Shown here: one piece after another, positions 7,157 through 15,178 of the stretch
Position numbering within the stretch: the first letter of the stretch is position 1
Layout: the number at the start of each line of letters is the position of its first letter
Origin: Herpetosiphonaceae bacterium
Lineage (GTDB): Bacteria; Chloroflexota; Chloroflexia; Chloroflexales; Herpetosiphonaceae
Assembly (NCBI GenBank): GCA_013813565.1
Contig: JACCRK010000382.1
Span: forward strand, 1 to 30,702
Direction: 5' to 3'
DNA length: 30,702 bases
Made by a program: the position numbers and the translations under genes
Notes under the pieces: model-generated
What the model was told of the DNA's origin: nothing
The model's database searches: none
Seen by the model: only the letters and a program-made list of their open reading frames with translations

Positions 7157-10102
7157 CTAATCCTCCTCGCTGACCTGCTGGGCCTCATAGCGCTCAATCA
7201 GCGCCGCCAGCGTTGCCCAGACCAGCCGCTGGCTATAGGCATCAACCTGAGCAAAGCCGGCAAACTCGGCGATCAGCGCCAGGGCCGGGGTTGGATAGGC
7301 GGCATAGGCTGTGACCGCGGCATCACGCACCCGCGCCGATGGGTCGAAAAGCGCCTGGCGGATGACCTCCCAGTGTTCCCCCGCACCAAAGGCCGTCACC
7401 GCCACGCTCCGCATGTCGGGGTCTTCAGCCCTGAGCGCCGGCCGAATCGCCTCCCAATGTCCACCGCTGCCAAACGCGCTAATGGCGGCCCGGCGCACGA
7501 CAGAATGCGGATCGCTCAGCGCCGGTCGAATCGCCTCCCAGTGTTCGCCCGCGCCAAAGGCGCTGACGGCAGCGCTCCGAACGTCATCATCGTGATCGCT
7601 CAGCGCCGCCCGGATCTTGTCCCACTGTTGATGGGCGCCGAACACCTCCACAGCAGCGCGGCGGACCTCCCAGTCGGGATCGTCCAGCGCCGGTTCGACG
7701 GCGGCCCACTCCGGCCCAGTACCAAACGCCTCGACCGCTGCCTCACGCACCGAGACCGATTCATCGTGGAGCGCAAAGCGAATCATCTCCCACTGCTGGC
7801 CGCGCCCAAAGGCATAGACAGCAGCGCTGCGGACCAGGGCGGTCTCGCCAGTCAGCGCCGAGCGAATGTAGCCCCACTGCTGGCTGGCGCCAAAGGCCTC
7901 CACGGCAGTCCGCCGAACCCGTTTAGAGCGATCGCGCAACACTGGCCGAATCGCCTCCCACTGCTGCCCGGCGCTGAAGGCCGCCACCGCCGCCTGGCGG
8001 GTCCACTCGTCGGGATCGCTCAATAGCGGACGGAGCGTTTCCCACTGCTGCGCCACCCCAAACACCTTGATCGCATCCAGATGGACGCCCCCGGCGCGAT
8101 CATTGAGCGCCGGATAGATCGGCTCCAGCGCCAGCCCAAGACATTCGAGGCCGACCAGACCGCTGATTGCCACCACGACCGGCTCGCGGACATGGCCGGT
8201 CCACCACAGCTCCCCGAGCTCGCGGGCAATGGTGCGGGTTAGCGAAGGCTTTACGCCAACATCATCACCTAAAATCGCCGCCGCCAGCAGCAGATCGCGG
8301 TGCAAAATGTCAGGGTAGAGACTGTTGGCGCCGTGAATCGAGCGCACAAATGCGGTGGCTCCGGCCTCATCAGCGTTCATCACGCCAATCTGGCCAGCGG
8401 TCAGCAAGATAACTTCCTGCCAGCCTGGGTTATGCAGATGTGGACGGATGCGGGCAAAACGCTCTTCGGCGGGCAAAACTGCCACGGCGCGGGCGGCAAA
8501 ATACTCCTGAAAGGTCCGATGAATAAAGCCCCAGGCATCAGCCCCACGCTCAACTAGCAGACCGCTATGTTCACGGACATCGATCAGCCACTGCAACGCC
8601 TCACGCTCGGGATCGCTGGCCTCGCGCTCGGTAAAAATCCGCCGCAGCTCGCGCTGAAGCTCGGCAAATCTGGCGGTGCCATCAGGTCTGGCGCTATGCA
8701 GCCATAAGGCCAGCGGCGCCATAACTTTCACCGTATCCAGCACATCCAGCGCTTTCCCGACGATGTGGCCGCTCAGGCTGCGGGCGCGATTCCAGCTTTC
8801 CAGCAGCGTTCGCGCATACAGATCATACAGCTCGATCCGCCGCCGTGGCAGCGATTTACCCTGGCGATGAATCAGCGCCAGAATCGTCAGGAGCAGCGGA
8901 TTGCCCGCCAGCTTGGCCACGCTGGGGTTGGCGTTGATGGCGGTAAACAGGCGCCGTTGCTCGGCGGCAGCCTCGCGGATGGCGTGGCGGGTATCACCGC
9001 GCTGCATCAGCTCGAAGGCCCGGCACCACTGCCGGGTAAAGCGGTCGATCTCAGCTGGGCCGAAATCCAGCAAGGTATAGTGGGGGAACTCCGCCGCCAT
9101 GGGCGCGGCGCGGTAGCCAACAATCCGGCTGGTCAGCACGACACGATTGCCAAGCTGGGTATAGCGGCTGATAAATGTCTGGACCCGCTCGGCGATACTG
9201 CGGCGAATCTCGCTGGACTGGACCTCATCAAGCCCATCGAGCAGCACCAGCACCCGTCCGCTATCCAGGGCTTCCCCGAACAGCGGAGTGAGGCCAGGCA
9301 GCTCGTGCTGTTCGGCGTAATATTGGCCCAGAAACTCAAACAGTGAGCGTGGCTGTTGGGCCAGGGCGGCGCCATAGGCCGCCAGCGGCACCAGAATTGG
9401 CAGGCGGGACTCGGGCATGTTCAAGCGTTCGGCGGCAGCATCTTCGGCGAATGTCAGGGTCAGATAGCGCAACAATGTTGATTTGCCGGCGCCTGGGTCG
9501 CCCAGCACAACCAGGGTTCGATAGTCACGGAGCGCGGTGGTGATATCAACCCGGCGGGGTGTCAGGTTCCAGCGGCGGCGGTTGAGCAGCGCCAGCTCCT
9601 GCTCCAGGTGCTCGTGTTTCGTCGGCCCAGCCTCATGGAGGCGGACGATCAGGCGGCGCTCTTCGGGCGAGACCGTATCGCCCTCGCCCATCTCGCTGGT
9701 GCTTTGCCCGGCGACATACAGCTCGGCGAGCGGCAGCGCGATCGGCTGATTGGTCTGCAGAATACCCTGAAATGTCAGCGAGCGATGGGCCTCGATCAGC
9801 TGTTGGCGATACAGCTGTTCCAGGGCGGCCAGGTCGGCTGCGGTTGGCTGCTGCTCACGCTCGCCGATCAGGACAAAATAGCGGGCCATGCGCTCAAGGA
9901 TCGGATAAAGCGCCTCGCTATACTCATTCTGCTGATACAGATCGCGTCCGGCCAGGTTCGTAATGTTAATGGTGCCGCCGCTGATCGTGAGAGACACCCC
10001 GGTTGTCCGAGCGGCGGCACTTTCCGACTGAAAGGCTCGCACAAGATCGGCAACTGTGATCGTTGTTTCCGCCAACGGCGCATCAGGTGCTTCATCGGCC
10101 AT
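7157..10102 (-). CDS. NACHT-family STAND NTPase with a C-terminal array of about ten PBS-lyase-type HEAT repeats (bacterial NLR-like protein)
   Basis: NACHT motifs are present: Walker A VVLGDPGAGKSTLLRYL (DNA about 9470-9520), Walker B RVLVLLDGLDEV and TSR (VVLTSRIVGY). A pre-NACHT helical region precedes them (LTFQGI...LAELYVAGQS). The C-terminal 330 aa are 31-aa repeats of the form [Q/E][Q/H]WE.IRPAL.D.D..VR.AAV.AFG. A strong GGGAGGGG Shine-Dalgarno lies 3 nt before the ATG at 10102. Confidence 0.85.
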   Translation of the reverse strand: MADEAPDAPLAETTITVADLVRAFQSESAAARTTGVSLTISGGTINITNLAGRDLYQQNEYSEALYPILERMARYFVLIGEREQQPTAADLAALEQLYRQQLIEAHRSLTFQGILQTNQPIALPLAELYVAGQSTSEMGEGDTVSPEERRLIVRLHEAGPTKHEHLEQELALLNRRRWNLTPRRVDITTALRDYRTLVVLGDPGAGKSTLLRYLTLTFAEDAAAERLNMPESRLPILVPLAAYGAALAQQPRSLFEFLGQYYAEQHELPGLTPLFGEALDSGRVLVLLDGLDEVQSSEIRRSIAERVQTFISRYTQLGNRVVLTSRIVGYRAAPMAAEFPHYTLLDFGPAEIDRFTRQWCRAFELMQRGDTRHAIREAAAEQRRLFTAINANPSVAKLAGNPLLLTILALIHRQGKSLPRRRIELYDLYARTLLESWNRARSLSGHIVGKALDVLDTVKVMAPLALWLHSARPDGTARFAELQRELRRIFTEREASDPEREALQWLIDVREHSGLLVERGADAWGFIHRTFQEYFAARAVAVLPAEERFARIRPHLHNPGWQEVILLTAGQIGVMNADEAGATAFVRSIHGANSLYPDILHRDLLLAAAILGDDVGVKPSLTRTIARELGELWWTGHVREPVVVAISGLVGLECLGLALEPIYPALNDRAGGVHLDAIKVFGVAQQWETLRPLLSDPDEWTRQAAVAAFSAGQQWEAIRPVLRDRSKRVRRTAVEAFGASQQWGYIRSALTGETALVRSAAVYAFGRGQQWEMIRFALHDESVSVREAAVEAFGTGPEWAAVEPALDDPDWEVRRAAVEVFGAHQQWDKIRAALSDHDDDVRSAAVSAFGAGEHWEAIRPALSDPHSVVRRAAISAFGSGGHWEAIRPALRAEDPDMRSVAVTAFGAGEHWEVIRQALFDPSARVRDAAVTAYAAYPTPALALIAEFAGFAQVDAYSQRLVWATLAALIERYEAQQVSEED
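7200..8180. repeat. Imperfect tandem DNA repeat of about 93 bp, roughly ten copies, encoding the HEAT-repeat array
   Basis: A recurring DNA unit such as ...GCTCAGCGCCGG(C/T)CGAATCGCCTCCCA(G/A)TG... appears at a period of about 93 bp (for example 7437-7463, 7521-7547, 7940-7965), matching the 31-aa protein period. Confidence 0.6.
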
Positions 10103-10123
10103 TGTCCCCTCCCTTCTGGAGAA

Positions 10124-10492
10124 CTACTGCTGAGCGATGGGCTGGATCTGATAGCCTGGGAATGTGCTTAGATCCAGTGCGCCCTGGCCGGTCTGCAGAT
10201 CGGGCGGGATACGCTGCAAGCATTCCAGCACAAACCCCCGCAATGCCGCGACATCGATCTGCTGGTGGACTGGCTCGTAGGCGGCCAGCAGATCGTGGGC
10301 GGTCTGCAGTAAAAAACGCGGGCTGGTGATCAGTCCCAGGCGAAGCTGATTGAGGGCCACGCAGACGCGAATCAAGCCCTTATAAAAATCAGCGCGCTCA
10401 ACAAACCACAGCTTCTCCAGCGCCAGCACGCCTTCAACATACTCGCTGCGGTTAAAACAGTGGACAAAATGCTGCCAGCTGGCATCGCTCAT
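10124..10492 (-). CDS. DUF309-like small protein (divergent; the conserved His of the FNxGxYxEAHE motif is replaced), first gene of the NACHT operon
   Basis: The 122-aa product has HCFNRSEYVEGVLALEKLWF...GLIRVCVALNQLRLG, which resembles the DUF309 signature (FN.G.YFEAHE.LE.LW) as I recall it. A GAGGT Shine-Dalgarno lies 5 nt before the ATG. Its stop is 21 nt upstream of the NACHT start, and the NACHT SD lies inside that gap, implying co-transcription. Confidence 0.55.
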   Translation of the reverse strand: MSDASWQHFVHCFNRSEYVEGVLALEKLWFVERADFYKGLIRVCVALNQLRLGLITSPRFLLQTAHDLLAAYEPVHQQIDVAALRGFVLECLQRIPPDLQTGQGALDLSTFPGYQIQPIAQQ

Positions 10493-10528
10493 GGCCTACC
10501 TCAGGTCTTGCTAAATCTTGCTGGCGTG

Positions 10529-10557
10529 AGTCTAGCCGACGGCGATTGGTGCGTCAA
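10529..10557 (-). promoter_or_regulatory. Putative promoter of the DUF309-NACHT operon (-35 TTGACG, 17-nt spacer, -10 TAGACT on the minus strand)
   Basis: The reverse complement of 10552-10557 is TTGACG and the reverse complement of 10529-10534 is TAGACT, with a 17-nt spacer. The site lies in the divergent intergenic region shared with the ABC transporter promoter. Confidence 0.3.
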
Positions 10558-10625
10558 CCGCAGCGATTCATAGTACTTTAGAACCATGTCAATCCGACGT
10601 ATGGCTGAAAAACAAACAAATTCAC

Positions 10626-10653
10626 TTTGACACAAGGCACGATTTCGTTATAA
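10626..10653 (+). promoter_or_regulatory. Near-consensus sigma70 promoter of the ABC transporter operon (TTGACA, 16-nt spacer, TATAAT)
   Basis: TTGACA at 10626-10631, a 16-nt spacer, then TATAAT at 10648-10653. A 5' leader of about 140 nt follows, ending in a consensus AGGAGG Shine-Dalgarno (10790-10795) 5 nt before the ATG at 10801. Confidence 0.55.
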
Positions 10654-10800
10654 TGAAGTTCTAAATAGTCCTCATTCGCACTATATCCAGATTCAAACAC
10701 CTTGAAAGGGGGTGGTATCCCAGACAACAATTGACCAGCGCAGTGTTTTTTTACGCTGTGATGTTCGTTTCTTGGACTATCTACTTTTTAGGAGGTTACA

Positions 10801-12765
10801 ATGCTTCGTTCGAAGCGCCAAATCGTGAGCTTCTTGCTCATGTTGGTACTCTTGGTTCCTGTGCTCGCCGCTTGTGGTGGTACCACCGCAACAACTGCAC
10901 CTGCCACGACTGCTCCCGCTGTTGCTACAACTGCACCAACTTCAGATACTGCTCAGGCTCCAACCGCTGTTGCAACGGAAGCTGCACCAGTTGCAACGGA
11001 AGCTGCTCCAACAGTTGCGCCTACCGAAGTCGCCGCCACTGTTGAGCCAACCGCTGCCCCTGGTGGCGCTGGCCCAGACGCCAACAAAACCATCATCGTT
11101 GGTATGACCCAGTTCCCCGACACCCTGTTCGGGATTGAGTCACAGTCAAGCGCCACCACCCAGGTGTTGGCCGCAATTCAGCCAGCCTGTATCACCACGC
11201 TGAGCTACGAATATCAGCCAGTCTGTTTCGAAAAAGTCCCCGCATTTGCCGATGGCGATGCTGTGACCGAAACCGTCACTGTTGATAACACCTACGAAGG
11301 CAATATCGTGATCAACGATGAGCTGATCACCGATACCACCACCCTGACCGAGTCACTTGATCTGACCCAGGTCCAGGTAACCTGGAAACTCATTGAGGGT
11401 TTGACCTGGGAAGATGGCGAGCCGGTCAAGGCCAGCGACTTCGTGTTTGCTGCCAACCTGTACCAGGATCCAGGCATCCAGAACGCTTCACGCTTCACCC
11501 TTGACCGCACCCAGAAGTTCGAAGCCCCAGATGAATCAACCATCGTTTGGTATGGCGCTCCTGGCTACAGCGATGCCACCTACTTCTTGAACGTTTTCGG
11601 CCCTGAGCCAGAGCACGTTCTTGGCTCGGAAGACCCGGCCACCATTGGCAGCAGCGAGTACGCTAGCCAGCCGCTGGCCTACGGCCCCTACAAAATTGTC
11701 GAGAACGTTCCCCAGGAAAGCACCACCCTGGTTGCCAACGAAACCTACTGGAAAGCCAGCGAAGGCTTCCCCAAAGTTGGCAACATCGTCTTCAAGTATC
11801 TGACCAGCGAAGATCAAGTGCTGCAGCAGCTTGAAGGCGGCGAGATCGACGTCGTTGGTTCGATTGGCCTGACCCTGGCCAACGCCCCAGCTCTTGATGA
11901 CCTGGAAGCTGCTGGCAAAGCAGTCGGCCAGTACGTCCCGGCAACCGTGTGGGAGCACATGGACTTCGCCGTTGAGCGTGGCGATGGTCAAGAGTCCTTC
12001 TTCACCGATGCGAACGTTCGCAAAGCCGTCGCGTACGGCATCAATCGTCAGGAAATCATCGACCAAGTGCTGTTCGGCAAAACCGTCACGATGAACAGCT
12101 TCCTGCCCGACACCCACTGGGCTTATCCACCGAATGGTGAAGGCCTCGAAGCCTACGAGTATGACACCGCCATGTCGGCCGAGCTGCTTGATGCTGCTGG
12201 CTGGACCCTTGGTGCTGACGGCATCCGTGAAAAAGATGGCCGCAAGTTCCAGGTACAGATGTTCACCACCGAAGGCAACGCAACCCGCCAGGCAGTGGTC
12301 CAGATCATTCAGGAAAACCTGAAAGAAGTTGGCATTGACGTCGTGTTGAACTTCGTTCCCGCCACCGCCGTTCTGTTCAAGAACGGTGCCGATGGTGTTC
12401 TCTCAGGCCGTACCTATGACCTGGGTATGTACGCCTGGGTCAGTGGCTCCGAGCCATCAACCGCCCTGTATCTCTGTGATCAAATCCCGACCCCAGAGAA
12501 CAGCTACGCCGGCCAGAACAACACCGGCTGGTGTAACCCAGAGTACGATGTATCTGCTCTGGCCTCACAGTCGGCCACCGAGCGAGCTGATCGTATTCCG
12601 TTGGTCATCGAAGCTCAGAAAGTCTTCAACGATCAGCTGCCAACCCTCCCGCTGTATCAGCGCGTGAACCTCGGCGCATATCGACCTGCTGTTACCGGTC
12701 TCCAGCTTGACCCAACCAGCCAGGTTGACTTCTGGAACATCGAAACCTGGGATATCTCGGAGTAA
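10801..12765 (+). CDS. ABC transporter substrate-binding lipoprotein, family 5 (DppA/OppA/NikA-like), with a Pro/Thr/Ala-rich linker
   Basis: A signal peptide with lipobox LAAC|GG is followed by a low-complexity linker (TTATTAPATTAPAVATTAPTSDTAQAPTAVATEAAPVATEAAPTVAPTEVAATVEPTAAP) and then an SBP_bac_5-like body (WEDGEPVKASDFVF, FKYLTSEDQVLQQLEGGEIDVV). Confidence 0.9.
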   Translation: MLRSKRQIVSFLLMLVLLVPVLAACGGTTATTAPATTAPAVATTAPTSDTAQAPTAVATEAAPVATEAAPTVAPTEVAATVEPTAAPGGAGPDANKTIIVGMTQFPDTLFGIESQSSATTQVLAAIQPACITTLSYEYQPVCFEKVPAFADGDAVTETVTVDNTYEGNIVINDELITDTTTLTESLDLTQVQVTWKLIEGLTWEDGEPVKASDFVFAANLYQDPGIQNASRFTLDRTQKFEAPDESTIVWYGAPGYSDATYFLNVFGPEPEHVLGSEDPATIGSSEYASQPLAYGPYKIVENVPQESTTLVANETYWKASEGFPKVGNIVFKYLTSEDQVLQQLEGGEIDVVGSIGLTLANAPALDDLEAAGKAVGQYVPATVWEHMDFAVERGDGQESFFTDANVRKAVAYGINRQEIIDQVLFGKTVTMNSFLPDTHWAYPPNGEGLEAYEYDTAMSAELLDAAGWTLGADGIREKDGRKFQVQMFTTEGNATRQAVVQIIQENLKEVGIDVVLNFVPATAVLFKNGADGVLSGRTYDLGMYAWVSGSEPSTALYLCDQIPTPENSYAGQNNTGWCNPEYDVSALASQSATERADRIPLVIEAQKVFNDQLPTLPLYQRVNLGAYRPAVTGLQLDPTSQVDFWNIETWDISE

Positions 12766-12787
12766 CTTCCGCACTATCTTGGGAACC

Positions 12788-12838
12788 GGCGAAGGAGTGG
12801 GGCTATGGCCTCGCTCCTTCGCCTAAAAAGCTCTTTTT
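12788..12838 (+). terminator. Putative intrinsic terminator or attenuator after the binding-protein gene
   Basis: A 10-bp stem, GGCGAAGGAG (12788-12797) paired with CTCCTTCGCC (12814-12823), is followed by TAAAAAGCTCTTTTT (an AU-rich mini-hairpin and T-run). Partial termination after abundant binding-protein genes is common. Confidence 0.4.
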
Positions 12839-13041
12839 CCGCCTCGAACCAGCCTGAAATTAAAGTCGGCACATCCTATTTAATCTGCCCGGTGAGATGA
12901 TGCCTAAATCTAAATCCTCAGTTAGACGCTGCTGACAATGTGTTTTGAACAAAACTGGTCGCTTGAAATTGAACAAAATCTGAAATATGTAGTGTTAACC
13001 AGTGAAGTGATTTCTATCTTTTCTTTCAACCTACGAGGTGT

Positions 13042-14109
13042 GTGATGACGGTCTACCTTATTCGCCGGTTCTTTCAGATTATTGTTGTGCTGTTTCTCTC
13101 GACTGCGGTGATCTATACCCTCTTTGCGCTGGCCCCGAACCCGCTCGATGAGCTGCGGCAGAGCACCGATCCTAAAGCTCAGGCATCAAATGCAGATATC
13201 GCGCGCTTATCTAAACAGCTTGGTCTAGACAAGCCCTGGTTTTTGCAGTATCCAGTCTGGCTGGCCGGTGATACCTGGCTGGATTCGATTGGCTATGGCC
13301 AATTTGTTGGCGATCGTATGGGTATCTTGCGTGGTGACTGGGGCACATCGTGGAAGTATCAGAAAAATAAACCGGTGCTTGGCCTGATTAAAGATCGTCT
13401 GCCAGCAACCTTGTGGCTGATGGTCAGCTCGACCTTGATCTCTCTAATGATTGGTATTCCGCTCGGCGTTTTCTCGGCGGTCCGCCAATATTCATTTTTT
13501 GACTACTTTTTTACTTCGTTCAGCTTTATCGGGATCTCTATTCCCGCCTTCTGGTTTGGGCTGCTGATTATTTCAGCCTCGCTGGTCGCTAAAAATAAAG
13601 GCTGGTTCTACTTTCCAGCCGGCGACGTTCTCGCCATTCGTGATTACAAAGTGCCGCTGCTAGGGATGGTGGAGGCCGGCTCATTCCTTGACCGGGTTAT
13701 GCATCTGGTGATGCCGGTTACCGTGCTGTCGCTGCTGAACCTGGCTGGCTGGAGCCGCTTTATGCGCGCCAGCATGCTGGAAGTGCTGAGCCAGGACTAC
13801 GTGCGCACTGCCCGCGCCAAGGGTGTCCGCGAGCGAATCGTCATCTATAAGCATGCCTTTCGGAATGCCTTGATTCCGCTGATTACCCTGGTTGTATTTG
13901 CCATTCCAGGCGTCTTTGGTGGCGCAATCCTGACCGAACGAGTGTTCAACTACAAAGGTCTGGGCTTCTTGTTTATTAGCGCGCTTAACTTAAACGATTA
14001 CCCGCTGGCCATGGCCTTCCTGCTGATCTCTTCGATCTTGCTGGTGCTGGCTACATTGCTGGCTGATATTCTGTATACCTTTGTTGATCCACGGATTCGC
14101 CTTGACTAA
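13042..14109 (+). CDS. ABC transporter permease, DppB/OppB-like
   Basis: Six or more TM helices are visible, and the EAA-like loop has YVRTARAKGVRERIVIYKHAFRNAL. A GAGGTG Shine-Dalgarno precedes the ATG. Confidence 0.9.
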   Translation: MMTVYLIRRFFQIIVVLFLSTAVIYTLFALAPNPLDELRQSTDPKAQASNADIARLSKQLGLDKPWFLQYPVWLAGDTWLDSIGYGQFVGDRMGILRGDWGTSWKYQKNKPVLGLIKDRLPATLWLMVSSTLISLMIGIPLGVFSAVRQYSFFDYFFTSFSFIGISIPAFWFGLLIISASLVAKNKGWFYFPAGDVLAIRDYKVPLLGMVEAGSFLDRVMHLVMPVTVLSLLNLAGWSRFMRASMLEVLSQDYVRTARAKGVRERIVIYKHAFRNALIPLITLVVFAIPGVFGGAILTERVFNYKGLGFLFISALNLNDYPLAMAFLLISSILLVLATLLADILYTFVDPRIRLD

Positions 14110-14173
14110 GCCCTGGCGCCGTCTTACGCGGTCTACGATTCTGTAATATCCTTTGTCTGAAAGGCACACCATA

Positions 14174-15139
14174 ATGGCAGTTACAAATACCCAGCTTGAG
14201 GCGCGTGAGGTCGCAAAAGAAGAATATCAGCATCCCTGGCTCGATATTGCCAAACGGTTTATGCGGCACCGCCTGGCAATCGGCAGCTTAATCGTGATGT
14301 CCCTAATTATTTTGTCGGTGTTTATTGGGCCATTGTTTTCGCCCTTTACCGAACGCTCCCAATCACCCCGCCAAAAGAACCTGGCTCCATTAAGCACATT
14401 TCAGGTTGATAAAGAAATTCGTAACATTGATAACACTGTGCGCACACCAGCCGGTGGCACGGCTACAGCCTTCTTTGGCACCGATGAAATCGGCCGTGAC
14501 CTGCTAACCCGCTTGTTGTATGCCGGACGTGTATCGTTGTATATTGCATTTGCTGTGACCCTGCTTAGCGAGATCATTGGCGTAACGATTGGCGTTATCA
14601 GTGGCTATTTCGGTGGCTTTGTTGACACCATGGCAATGCGCTTTGTTGACTTTCTCAACACCTTGCCGCTCCTGCCGATCCTCCTGATTATTACAACCAT
14701 CATCAAGCCAAGCATTAACTTTCTGATCGTGATTCTAGTGTTCTTCAGCTGGACCGGTGGCGCCCGCTTGATGCGGGGACAAATTTTGAGCTTACGTGAA
14801 CAAGAATATGTTTCGGCCTCGCGGGCGCTCGGCGCTTCAAATATCCGCATTATGTTTCGTCACCTGGTACCAAATGCAATTGCGCCCAATATCGTCAATG
14901 CCTCGCTGAGCTTGAGCGGTGTCATGATTACCGAAGCGGCCTTGAGCTTCCTTGGCTTCGGCGTGAAACTCCCGGCCGCCTCATGGGGCAATATGCTTAA
15001 GGATGTAAACCTGTCTATTCTGGAAACTTATCCCTGGCAGGCCTTCTTCCCTGGGTTTGCGATTTTCATCTGTTCGCTGTGCTTCAACTTTATTGGCGAT
15101 GGCTTGCGTGACGCGCTTGACCCGCGTGCTAAACGTTAA
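14174..15139 (+). CDS. ABC transporter permease, DppC/OppC-like
   Basis: TM helices are present, and the conserved loop has YVSASRALGASNIRIMFRHLVPNAIAP. The ORF is open from a TTG at 14153, but the first ATG at 14174 is the more likely start. Confidence 0.85.
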   Translation: MAVTNTQLEAREVAKEEYQHPWLDIAKRFMRHRLAIGSLIVMSLIILSVFIGPLFSPFTERSQSPRQKNLAPLSTFQVDKEIRNIDNTVRTPAGGTATAFFGTDEIGRDLLTRLLYAGRVSLYIAFAVTLLSEIIGVTIGVISGYFGGFVDTMAMRFVDFLNTLPLLPILLIITTIIKPSINFLIVILVFFSWTGGARLMRGQILSLREQEYVSASRALGASNIRIMFRHLVPNAIAPNIVNASLSLSGVMITEAALSFLGFGVKLPAASWGNMLKDVNLSILETYPWQAFFPGFAIFICSLCFNFIGDGLRDALDPRAKR

Positions 15140-15178
15140 AGCGGCTTGATAATTGGTTTTTCTAGATAGGGGCATATT

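Noticed and set aside
7373-10171. Plus-strand ORFs of 187-217 aa inside the NACHT gene (7373-8026, 8765-9346, 9608-10171)
   Set aside because: They are antisense to a gene with clear NACHT and HEAT motifs and are Arg/Ala/Pro/Gly-rich and low-complexity. They are artefacts of high GC.
10730-10770. Possible hairpin plus T-run (CAGCGCAGTGTTTTTTTACGCTGTG) in the binding-protein leader as an attenuator
   Set aside because: The flanking arms are not truly complementary. The CAGCG/CGCTG stem is only 5 bp with a 13-nt loop, so there is no convincing terminator structure.
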